From NCBI GenBank assembly GCA_028023455.1, contig JAQFVV010000004.1:24366001-24430000 (forward strand): a stretch of DNA of 64,000 nucleotides. The letters are read 5' to 3'. The stretch is from Epiperipatus broadwayi. Its lineage: Eukaryota > Animalia > Onychophora. Position 1 is the stretch's first letter. Each line of letters starts with the position of its first letter. Positions 1-10,935 of the stretch are shown here, one piece after another. The position numbers were made by a program, and so were the translations under genes. The notes below the pieces were generated by a model, which had not been told where the DNA came from, searched no databases, and saw only the letters and a list, made by a program, of their open reading frames with translations.

Positions 1-564
1 AGTTATCAGAAAGCTATAAAAAGAGTATGTAACAAGTACGTCAGGCCATTATTCGAGTGCATCTCCAGTTGACTTTCCTGTTCAATTCTGTTAGAAAAGA
101 TCTAGCATCAGTGCTTCAGTTAATGTCCAGTACTCAGTGGAAATGTAGTTCATGGGCATAGCTGAATAGGACTACAGAGATTGGGAGACCATAGCCTGAG
201 GAAACCATCTGGATAGCAGCTAAATGAAGACTTGAGTTTCCAGCAGTTTTTAAGTGGAGTTACTGGTGGACTGCTACAGAGATGTAAGCTATAAGGAGCT
301 TATAGTTGGTCACAGTGCTACATTACGATGTGTTCATGTACAGCTAAACTGGACCCGGGGCCAAGGTATGTGTAAACCTAGCCCATTATGAACCGCTTTG
401 TAGCAGATAGCCTGAATGTACATAAAGGGAATTGAACATTAGTGAACTATAGAGATAGTGTTGTTACAAACTACTCGCTATTCTGATTTCTTAAAATATT
501 GTGAGTCTTTTATTGTATATATTCATTTGCTGGCCACCCAGTCATACTTGTGGGACACAGCAAA
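1..564 (+). mobile_element. 5' LTR (start outside window) of a short LTR retroelement
   Basis: Direct repeat of 1170-1724 (both begin agttatcagaaa and end gtcatacttgtgg..cacagcaa). Followed by a PBS-like motif at 569. Confidence 0.85.
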
Positions 565-568
565 TTAT

Positions 569-579
569 TGGTGCAGTTG
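569..579 (+). promoter_or_regulatory. Putative primer binding site (tRNA-Ser type, CpG-decayed)
   Basis: TGGTGCAGTTG lies about 4 nt after the LTR. It equals TGGCGCAGTCG, the complement of an arthropod tRNA-Ser 3' end as I recall it, with both CpGs changed to TpG. Confidence 0.55.
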
Positions 580-942
580 CATTATGAACTTGTGAGTAGC
601 AAATATAGGTTTCGTATTACAAGTTTAGCTGTAGTCTGGAGAAACCAGGTGAAAATAGAAATCCCAGTTAGTAAAACATTAATAACAGAAGTGAATGGCT
701 GAAGTATTCGTTGCAAGTCTATGTGATACAACAACAGTGAAAGTTTGGAAATAAAATGCTTGGGCAGTCATCATTGGAAGCTATGTCCCACCACACTTGC
801 ACAGTCATCATTGAACCTGTAACTGGAAAAGAAGTTCGGCAGTTTTGAATCGAACCCTTCTGAGTGAAATAACAGGAAATATGTTTCCCCGAAGTAGTAA
901 TAGAAAAATAAAACACCAAGGAATCGCAACAAGGGTTTTCCT

Positions 943-956
943 GGAGTGGGGGAAGA
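943..956 (+). promoter_or_regulatory. Polypurine tract
   Basis: GGAGTGGGGGAAGA immediately precedes the TGTTG that starts the 3' LTR. Confidence 0.7.
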
Positions 957-1724
957 TGTTGTGTTTTTGTAAAAATTGCATACAAGTTTGGGCACTCCAA
1001 AAAATGTAGAATTTATTTGAGAGATTGTTTTAGATTGCGAACTGATAAATGAGGAATTTAATTAAAGCATTAATGTAATGGCGATCGACAATTCCAAGAA
1101 ATATTTGCTGATTGTAAATATTTCTAGATAATAGACCGTACCTTATTGGAAAATGTAATTAATTGTTGCAGTTATCAGAAAACTATAAAAAGAGTATGTA
1201 ACAAGTATGACAGGCCATTATTCGAGTGCATCGCCTGTTGACTTTCTTGTTCAATTCCGGTAGGAGAGATCTAGCATCAGTGCTTCAGTTAATGTCCAGT
1301 GCTCAGTGGAAATGTAGTTCATTGGCATAGCTTAATATGCCCACAGAGACTGTAGCCTGAGGAAACCATCTGGATAGCAGCTAAATGAAGAGTTGAGTTT
1401 CCAGCAGTTTTCAAGTGGAATTACTGGTGGACTGTTGCAGAGACAGAAACTGCAAGGAGCTTATAGTCAGTTGCAGTGCTAAACTACGGTGTGTTCATGT
1501 ACTGCTAAATTGAACCAGGGCCAAGGTATGCATAAATCTAGCCCATTGTGAACTGCTTTATAGCAGCCAGCCTGAATGTATATCAAGGGAATTGAAAATT
1601 AGTGAACTGTAGAGATAGTGTTGTTACCAACTATTCACTATTCTGATTACTTAAAATATTGTGAGTCTTTTATTGTATATATTCATTTGCTGGCTGCCCA
1701 GTCATACTTGTGGACACAGCAACA
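957..1724 (+). mobile_element. 3' LTR (768 bp)
   Basis: Termini TGTTG...CAACA, preceded by a PPT; 1170-1724 repeats 1-564. Confidence 0.85.
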
Positions 1725-2454
1725 GTGTAACACTCTTTGTTAGTTTAAGCTTTGCACATCTCTTTTTGATAATATTTTTCCTCCTCTATAAGACTGTGGA
1801 TTTACATATCCTCCTGCCATTCCCATCACATTTATTTTATCACATCTTTTCTTTCTTTTATATAGTTTTATTGTCTTGAGTATTTAATCCCATGCTACTT
1901 TTATTACCATACCTTTATTCTTTTAGGTATTTTCAAATAAATTATACAGACAAATATATATTTTTTATCTGCTTTATATATAGTATGCATTTCTGGCTGC
2001 AAAAGAAAATACTTTTAGCTGCATAATAAATTGTATACTTTACAAAGAAATATAATACAAAAGAAAGTTCTTTATATTTTTTTCTACAAGATTGAAATTA
2101 ATTTTTTTCTCTAATTTATTTTTATATAATCCAACATTCCTGTTTACTGACCTTTAATTTTATAAAAACTTATCTTTATAGATAAGACCTTTTTTATCAC
2201 TTACCTATAATTAAATGGAGTTTTAATCTTTGTTTTTAATTACATTTTAAATTTTCTGGGATGCCAAAAAGAATAGATTCCATAATTATTAAAATACAAT
2301 GTCAATGTTAAATACATCTTTTTTCTGTTAATTTTTTTTTTAACAATCTCTATCTTCCTTTGTGCATGTTAATATTTTGTACATAAAAGTGGACAATATA
2401 TATATATTCATGATTTCTTTCAATTAAATTCACAATAGAGTCAGAAAAACAAAA

Positions 2455-3150
2455 CAAAAATTGGCAATCTTAGATGTTCTTTACAAAATCAAAACTACAG
2501 TTTACAGAAAATTTGCACATACAGGAAAATACTTAGCATATATATCAAATCACACCAGAAACACTAAACATGGAGTTATACTATCATCATGGCAAACAAA
2601 AAAAGAAGTTTGTTCAGAAATGATTTGACAAAAAAGGCCTATATAGAACAAATTCTTATAAAAAATAGTTATCCATCAATTGTTATTAAGAAAACCTTAA
2701 CAAGACAACAAAAAGAACCATCAACAAAAACAATTATTGATTCTGAAATGTATTCATACATACCAAAAATAGAAGACAAATTAAGGAAAATCTTCAATCA
2801 GTACAATATTAGAACAGTTTTCCAGAGCCGAACCACACTGAGAAATTCTAATATCTACAAAACCTCTATGAAATAACATGTAAATATGGAAGAATGTATC
2901 TTAGTGAGACCAGTCACCCCATTGCAAGGGCACAAACTGATGATTAGAAGAAAGAAAACAAGTGTGTCTAAGGAAGTAGACCATGTATGTACCAATGAAC
3001 ATGTTCAATACATTGGATAAAGGGGAAAAGGTAGAAAGAAGGAAATTCAAAGAAACTACTCACATGATAATGGCAAATAATCCCTTAAGTCAATCTAGTA
3101 TGAAATATACATAAGATGGAAATGACCAATCAACTTCACTTTAAGAAACA
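2455..3150 (+). pseudogene. Penelope-like element 3' remnant (RT C-terminus + GIY-YIG endonuclease), frameshifted
   Basis: Manual translation gives KLAILDVL..KTTVYRKFAHTGKYL (cf. KLPFLDV..VYRKPTHT), CKYGRMYLSETSHP (GIY-YIG YIGET) and RRKFKETTHMIMANNPLSQ. Confidence 0.8.
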
Positions 3151-3313
3151 AGTGGAGAAATCAGGAGGAATCTCATAGATAATTATATGAAATTTCTACT
3201 GATCTTTGTGTTTGGTAGAATATCTCGGCTTGTTAGAACATTATCTTAAACTTCAAAATTCAAGAAAGGTTCAGGCTTGATTCCAATGCTAGTGCTGTCA
3301 TTGGACAGCCAGA

Positions 3314-3363
3314 AGTACATGAAGAGGAGAGAAGAATAATACCTCTTGAAACATGCTTATACT
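3314..3363 (+). ncRNA. Degenerate type I hammerhead-like motif downstream of the PLE ORF
   Basis: AGTAC-aTGAAGA-g-GAGAG...CTCTT-GAAAC-AT-GcT-TATACT; C3 and the cleavage triplet are mutated. Confidence 0.4.
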
Positions 3364-4080
3364 AATTTCTGTAGTATTACTAACAGTTGAATGTAAATGA
3401 AAGATTTAAATAAAGATAACTTTTCCAAAGACATTTACTACTTAATATTAGATGATGGAAATATTTCATTTCTTATAATTTATATTTATTTTATATGAAT
3501 TATATAACTTTTACCTTTTTTTTTGATTTTATTTTACAATCATTATCAAATCACTTTATGTGTCTGAAATTGTCTGGAAAAATAAAGTTAAATATAAATT
3601 TAATGAAAAAGGAAGTACAGAAGCCATAAATTTTGTTGCACCAGTATACACTGTTTTAATTATACATTATTCAAAAAATATATAAACAATAAAAAACATT
3701 GCAGTAGCCATTTTTCCTTCTCAGAACACTAAGGATGATCATATTTAGTAATAAAATTTCTTCAGTTTATGTTGGAAGCTCATATATTTTTTCTCTTTAT
3801 TATTCTTTGTCAAATTGATGCACATTATTTTATGTAATAAAAAATGTTTTCTAAGCATAGTGCTAAAAAATTTATGAATTTAACAATATTTTTTAGTTGA
3901 TATGGACTTAGAAACATTAAAACAACTAAAAAGATCATAGTCTTCTCAAATGAGACTGCTATTATATTTCAAAAAAATAAGTTATTAAAAAAGGATATTG
4001 TCTAGAGAAAATTTAATTGTTATGAAAGTGAGACTTTCTGCTATTTACTTTATTTAAAAAACAAAAATATTGTCTTGCAT

Positions 4081-4165
4081 TGGTGGTCAAGAGGTCAGCA
4101 CGACTGCCTTGCACTTGCAGGCAGTTGCCCAGATTGTGGGTTTGCATGCTGGCCGATGCTATGAT
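4081..4165 (+). mobile_element. Possible degenerate tRNA-derived SINE head
   Basis: TGGTGGTCAAGAGGTCAGCAC (A-box-like), GGGTTTGCATGC (poor B-box) and a downstream A-run. Confidence 0.25.
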
Positions 4166-4304
4166 ACTTAAAAAAAAAAGATATTAAGATTTTGTTTTTT
4201 ATTTTCTTGAGTGAATGTGAATAAGCAAACAAACAGCAAAAAATATAAAACATGATCTCTCATTTATTATTAACTAGTTTATTTTTCCAGGTATTGGAAC
4301 GGAA

Positions 4305-5160
4305 TTTGAGATTTCTAAAAGTAAAATTTACATTTTTTGTTCTCTGCTGAAAATTTTATGAAGTTTCTTTTTTATGGCTTTAAAATTTACATATATTTAT
4401 TTTCTAATAGTTTAAATACACAAATATTCAAAAGATGATGGGAAAATCAAATATGTAGTCCATCAAGGCATTTCAAGCTCTGTCAATAATGGATAACCAT
4501 TAAATATTTTGTGCTCTCAAACTTTGTGAGATTACTTCGAGGTAATATTACGATCAATTTAAGATTATGATGGTTTAAAAACTTGATTTTTTGAAAAGTT
4601 TATGATTTTATTTATATTGTAATTGTGTAATAATTGTTAGAAATCAAAAACAAATGTCATTACTTTTTTTTTACAGAAATGTTTTCTTTTCAAATATAAA
4701 AGAATATATTCTTCTGAATATTGTTGCTATAGAAATTACAGTCGCATGAAATATAGTTGTCTAGAAATGAGGTCACTCAGCAGATTGTTATAATATTTAG
4801 TGATATCATAAAAATTACAAAAAATTTTTAAAGAATAAATAGATATATTTGGTAGTTATTAAAAATAATACATTCAGATTTTTAAAACAAACATCAAACA
4901 AAGAAGTTTTCATCCATTTTTCAAATTGAATCAGTTCCATCTGAAATTTGATAATGTGACAGCATTTTGTTTTCAATAAAATCTAATTTTTAAAATAATT
5001 CTGAGAATCAAATGTGATTATTTAAAATTTATTTAATTTCTAAACAAAAATATCTATTGAATAAGGTCAAATTTATTATATTCTGATAAATAATAATGGT
5101 TTAATATCAAAATGAAAGTTGAAAGCTTAAATCTAATGAAAACAAAGAAATCTGTCAGAA
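4305..5160. repeat. Dispersed ~850 bp repeat, copy 1 (possibly a DNA-transposon remnant)
   Basis: Colinear with 40085-40922, sharing blocks such as ctcaaactttgtgagattacttc, cattcagatttttaaaacaaacatcaa and aaatctgtcagaa. The minus strand has FQMELIQF, weakly hAT-like. Confidence 0.8.
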
Positions 5161-5855
5161 TATTATTGAAAAATAAAGTAGTTAATTACTACATTATTAT
5201 TATTTGAAAATTTTGTTTAAACTGTAATCTAAATTTATATATGCATACTATGCATATAAAAAGTATCTTGTTTTGTATGTATGTTGAAAATTACTGGACA
5301 TTTGCGTTCAATAAATAATATGTATTCTATTGTAATCAAAGTTTATCAACAAAATACGAATTATACGCAATGTATATGAAGGAGGCTTGAAACAAAATGT
5401 AGTAGATATTAAGGCTCTACTGTAAATGAAATTTTCAAAATACAATATTAAATGCATATATTAATAATATATTACTGCTAAAAAATGAATATTTTCTTTT
5501 CCTATATTAATAAATAATATATACATGTATTTTATTTATAATTATTTTTCACTGTTTCTATTACTTTCTTTTTAGGTGTTTTTTCCTATTATTATAAGTA
5601 ATTATTTGTTTTATTCTATTTGTCTGTAATTAAATTTATCTTCATTTATTTTCACAAATATGCCTTAACTATCTACTTAAAGTGCAAGTATTGCATTTTT
5701 TAATTAAATTTATTTGTGTTTGATTTTACAGTTTGGCTAAATTGTTATCTCCCAACATTTTCTTATCCATTTACTGAATAACATCTTTGTTTTTCTTTTT
5801 TACAATTAAAAAAATAATTAAAACTTAATTTTATTTTATAACTTTTTAATATACA

Positions 5856-6543
5856 TGTTGTGTTTGGCTGAATTGCAAGTTTCAGACTCAAACCAACAGT
5901 AATATTAAAAATTATAAACACTCACTATTTAATAAGTATAATTTATTAGAACAAATATACATACATATTATACTATCAATAAATACAATGTGATGTATAA
6001 CTTTGTCAATAATGAGCTGGTCATACCAAATGACTGGACTCACTTCTATCTGTATATTTAGCTTGCCTTGTGAATTCTAGTCTTAACTCTTCAGACTGTG
6101 CTGAACATGTCTCGAGTTTGTTAAATGACTCTTCCAGCTGTACAAGACAGCTTGCCTTGAGTCTGCTATAGTCGTAGTAGCTTCCAGTCCTATCAGGACT
6201 TGTCTTACAGGACTTGTCTTACTGTGTAATAGTGAATATAGTAGAAAACACCTACACTGTTGGAAATGGTTTCAATGGAGAGCACATTCAAGTAGACAGA
6301 TGTTCTCTGCCTTGCCTCCAAAAAGGCTGACTATTTATTGCCAGATCCCCTCCCTTAATGGCAGCAGTCGGATTCAGAGAGCCTAACCAATGGTAGGATT
6401 TTATACACATTACCCATTGGCCATACTTGTTTTTACCCTTTGGCCATGTTTATATATTGGTTTGTCCACATGTTTACACATTGGTTAGTAGCAATGAGTG
6501 CTCAATCTGATCAGATAAGGAATCTGGACTAGTCCATATGACA
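5856..6543. mobile_element. Probable solo LTR
   Basis: TGT...ACA termini, GC-richer than the flanks, near-TSD ATACA/ATATA. Confidence 0.5.
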
Positions 6544-7146
6544 ATATATATTTTGACTATTTTGTTAAGATGCATATCATTTATCTAAGAAAATCTTTTA
6601 AATTGAGTCCACCAACATGCAGAATTTAATATTTATTTAGAAGATAAGATGTATTAAAAATATTTCCCTTATATATGTAGAATGCTATTCCTAAATACTT
6701 GGAAAAGATTCTATGAAAAGAATTGCAAATATTTTCTCAGTGAGTACTTTATAAAGCAAAAGCAATTTTTCTTTTTAAAACTTTTGAGATTAAATGTCAT
6801 ATAAGTTTACATATAAAAAATGACATGATAAACATTTTAGCCATTTTTTTCCCAGCATTGCATTCGATAGTTAAAAGATGAAAAGATTGTAAGTTTTTAT
6901 ACATTTAAACAGTTGATTTTTGTGTTATGAAGAAGAATATGATAATAACCAAGATATTATATATCAGATTAATGTTTAGAAAATATATCTATAATGGCAA
7001 TCATATGCTTTTTTAAACTTGAGAAAAAAAATTTTAAATTTTTTTTATACAACATAAAATTGATATTCCTATAATAAATATTTTATTAAATGATATTTAA
7101 TATACTTAATCTATTTGGTGTCTTGTTTATACTCTATATATAATAT

Positions 7147-7469
7147 ATTAAAAATTAACCCAACTTCAATAGTAAACCAGACTAGCCAAAGAAAATAAAC
7201 TCTAACACTAATATTAATTCCACTGCTAAAAGCAGATTTCTGAGTACAAAGGACTAAAAGTTTATCAACAAATATGTATTAACTATTATTCATAATTCCA
7301 ATTACACCCCATATTTCTTTAATATTAAAAGAACTCTTAAACAATTTAATTGCTTCAGAATCACTTCTTTGTTGGTAAATTTTTAGTTCTTTGCATGCAC
7401 TGAAATCAATAGTTTGTTGTTGTTTTTTTGGCTAGTCTGGTTTACTGTTGAAGTTGGGGTAATTTTAAT
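7147..7469. mobile_element. Fold-back MITE with piggyBac-like end (TTAA-CCC)
   Basis: ttaacccaacttcaatagtaaaccagactagccaa is inverted as ttggctagtctggtttactgttgaagttggggtaa. A second, inner inverted pair lies at about 7235-7270 and 7368-7407. Confidence 0.7.
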
Positions 7470-7640
7470 TATTTTATTAACTAGTATATCTTTAAGCTTT
7501 TAATGTTTATATAATACAGCATATGAATGATTGGAGAGAAAAAGATAGATTATATGTCTTTCAATGTGTGTGTGTTGAGTAATAAGTTGGAAAATCAGAT
7601 TTAGTTATATTAACACTCAGATAAAATATGAATACATATT

Positions 7641-7965
7641 TAAGTTAAAACAGAAAAAACTCACTATACGAATTACCACACACAGCAAGCTAGAGTAATC
7701 AAAGAATGCCAGAAGGCTTGTGCATAAAATCCCCATCTAGTGCCTACTCATCCAATATCCCCAGACTAGTTTCTGGCTTGTGCCCTTCGTCAGTGAGGAG
7801 CCTTGGATCTGAGAACATTGCACCTAGATCTTAGGAAACTAGTCTGGGGATATTGGATGAATAGGCACTAGATGGGGATTTTATACACAAGCCTTCTGGC
7901 ATCCAGTGATTACTCTAGCTTGCTGTGTGTGGCAATATGTATAGTGAGTTTTGCCTGTTTTAACA
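7641..7965. repeat. Inverted pair of HHR family-2 repeat (hairpin)
   Basis: 7641-7773 is the reverse complement of 7835-7965. The minus-strand unit runs to 7834 and matches 10778-10935. Confidence 0.9.
7750..7808 (-). ncRNA. Minimal type I hammerhead ribozyme, family 2
   Basis: Minus strand AUCCAA-ggc-UCCUCA CUGACGA AGGGCACAAGCCA GAAAC-UA-GUC UGGGGA-ua-UUGGAU. Core intact, GUC site, palindromic ACUAGU, extended helix I; the base of helix II is imperfect. Confidence 0.75.
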
Positions 7966-8259
7966 ACAGTTATATACAAGCATAAGAGGTGGTGGTCATG
8001 TGATGTTTACATATTTAAGTATGAATATGTGGATTCATTATAATGTATTCTGATATTTTAGTTTTAAATATTGTTACAAATTAATATTTACACACACACA
8101 CACACATATATATATATAAAAGAAAAGTTTTACATAAAATTTAAAATATACTACTTAAATTAAAAATAAAAGATCATACTATTTTTTTATCACTTTTTAT
8201 TTTCACAATTCCTTTTATTATCTTTATTATATAAGGGATTCGAAATCAGACTGAGTAAT

Positions 8260-8430
8260 TTGAAGCCTGTCTATTAAAGTATGAAGATTGGCTCTCTTAA
8301 TATAAAGCTGAGCACTGATTGTATATATGTGTGGAGACGGCAATCTGGATCAACTGATGAGTGCTGGTTTAGCACGAAATACGTATATTGGTGATTATTT
8401 ATCTTTTCAACATGTGTGTGATCAGGTGGG
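8260..8430 (+). repeat. HHR family-1 repeat, single partial unit
   Basis: Matches 13360-13540, 31890-32050, 47715-47840 and 59530-59680 (gaagcctgtc.attaaagtatgaagatt...). Confidence 0.9.
8349..8392 (+). ncRNA. Intact type I hammerhead ribozyme, family 1
   Basis: AUCAA CUGAUGA GUGCUG-GUU-UAGCAC GAA AUACGUAU A UUGGU. All core bases are present, helix II is 6 bp, helix III is a perfect palindrome; predicted cleavage after A8387. Confidence 0.9.
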
Positions 8431-10431
8431 TCAGCAATATGAAATGGCTTGGAGCGTTGTGCAAGTAAAATCCTGTACAGTGTATTAATTTATTATCTTA
8501 TTGTTTCTTACAATTTTTACTGTTTAGCAATATAGTTTTGTAATATTGTTGTTACAAAATAGAATGGAATGCTATTTCGGAAAAGATCGTGATGAAACTA
8601 GATGATTTAAATTATTAATGATACAGGTATAGCAAAAAATATTTCTTTGTGCAGAAATCAAAAATAAGAAGTGAATTAGAAAATGAAAATGAACAATTAC
8701 TATTAATCTGGTGGAGGAAAAGGATACTTCAAATTGTAACTAATTGTTAAACTATTTTCAATGTTAGTTTTTTTTTTTTAAAATGAATGGAAAGTGCTTG
8801 TGTAAGAAAGTATGTTGATTAAAGAAAATAAATCTATTTCTAAATAAAATGGTAGTGTAAAATTGTATACATTAAGAAAAAAATCTAAAATAAAACGAGT
8901 AAAAGGTTAATATCGCCTGTTGCATATTTAATGATTCTAGTAAAGATTTGTCTGCAGCACAACTATTTTTTTAGTGTTCTAAAATAAAATTAAAGTTTTT
9001 AAGTAGTTCGTTTTTTATGTGCATATGCATTAATTAGTCTGGATGTATAGGAGAAAGTTTGCATTGATGAGTATTAAAATATATAAAATGAAAATTTTAA
9101 TTTTAAGAAATCTTAATGGTATTTTTCCCATTTATCAATGAGAAAGATAATCTCTACAATTATTTAAAACTTTTCTGTCACGTTTATTTTTATATATTAG
9201 AACTATAAAAACATTATTAAAATTAGGTGTTATAACTTTATGGGGCATATATTATTTAAAATTTTCAATAGTTTGAAGTTAATATATTGGCTCTTTATTT
9301 TAAAATGTCTCTTGTTAAGTATTTGTAACTTTCTGTATTTAAGATTACAAAGACATATTTTTTAATTTCATCATGCTGGATATTTCTTTCCAAATCTAAT
9401 GGATTTATCCTTAAAGAAGATTGAAATATTTCTTTCATCTGTTTAAATTATTATCACTATTATTTAGTAGAGTATCATTCAATGATTTAATATAATTATA
9501 ATATAAATTTTTATTTCCTTTTGTTAGTTTTAATAATATATCAATTCAAAAAAAAGATTTTAAAGTATATATTGTGCAATTTTAATCATTTTAAAGTTTT
9601 ATGTCTTGGAATTTCTGCTTTTAAATCTAAATTTTTTTTGAAGCTGCATAATCATTTAATAATTTTTTCGTAGTGCTTTTATTCATATCATTAATAATAT
9701 AAATATTTCAGAGAACCAATTAGAAATTCCGTGCCTCAAAATTATAAGTGATTGAAATTTAGCATAAGTAGTTACTTCTAATGAACAAAAACACTAAATT
9801 TTCTATTAATATATTTAAAACAGAATCTATTTTAAATAAAAGTTATTAAAACAAACCATGTGTTTGTGAGAATAAGGAATTTAGAAAAAGTTAATATTAT
9901 TCATCATACAAGCCACTGAGACAATAATGTCACTTTTTATAAGAATGATCAATTTTTCCCCAAAAATTATCATTTTAGGTTGATTTTTTTTTAATATTCA
10001 TATACGGAGGGGGGGGGGCAAGAACATTTAAGAATGAAGTTGAAGCAAATAACTGCCGAGATTTTGTCTTAGTTTTAAAAATTCAACAAGAAAACTTATA
10101 TAAAAGACTATTTCTATCCATATAAAGTGTATACTTTATATGACAAAAATTAAAACATTTTCTAAGTTTACTGCAGACATGTTATATTATTGGACAAATT
10201 TGAATCTTTTCATAATTTATTTTGTTTATGGATTCAGCAATTATCTGAGTGCTTTGTAAAATAAATAGTTATAATATCAGAACAAGGGAATTTCAGCATA
10301 TACAATGTAATGGGAATAAAATCACAATAATTTAAACACATACTAAAGTTTTTTAAAAAAGTAATTCATCATAAAATATTGAATCAAAAGAATATTGATT
10401 ACAAGTCAAAAATTTTCGGTTTTGAAATGTA

Positions 10432-10935
10432 TGCACACGCCTTCTGGCATCCATTGATTACTCTAGCTTGCACTGAGTGGCACTACTGTATGAAGAGTTT
10501 TGCCTGTTTTAAAATAACAGTTATAGACAAGCATAAGAAATGGTGATCATGTGATGTTTAGTGGTTCAATACCATTCCTTCCTAATAGGATAGTGGTGGT
10601 TGTGGTTATTAAAGAACCAGAGACACCAAAATATATGGATACTGAACTGAGTTCAAACTATATGACTATATAAGCTAATGAGCTTGGATTGAAAATATTT
10701 TTGTGTTTTCAAATTTTATTCTCATAGTTTTGGAGTTAAGTAGAGATAAAAGGTGGCTGCTTGAGGGTTGCATTAGATCCTAAGATCTAGGTGCAGTGCT
10801 CTCAGATACAAGGCTCCTCACTGATGAAAGCCACATGCTAGAAACTAGTCTGGGAATATTAGATGAATAGGCACTAGATTAGGGATTTTATGCACAAGCC
10901 TTCTGGAATCCATTGACTACTCTGGCCTGTTTTAA
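10432..10935 (+). repeat. HHR family-2 repeat, ~1.1 tandem units (period 459 bp)
   Basis: tgcaca.gccttctgg occurs at 10432 and 10891; both match the 7.6-8.0 kb repeat. Confidence 0.85.
10815..10856 (+). ncRNA. Type I hammerhead ribozyme, family 2, second copy
   Basis: UCCUCA CUGAUGA AAGC-CACAU-GCUA GAAAC-UA-GUC UGGGAA. Confidence 0.7.

Noticed and set aside
719-1879. ORF-track ORFs at 719-1000, 771-995 and 1661-1879
   Set aside because: Antisense or LTR-overlapping, low complexity, no recognisable motifs.
4291-4320. 30-nt micro-exon-like segment (ttttccag...gtaaaa)
   Set aside because: It overlaps the start of the dispersed repeat shared with 40 kb, and the donor is weak.
6856-6888. 33-nt segment between a good acceptor and gtaagt
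   Set aside because: Stop codons in all three frames; no other support.
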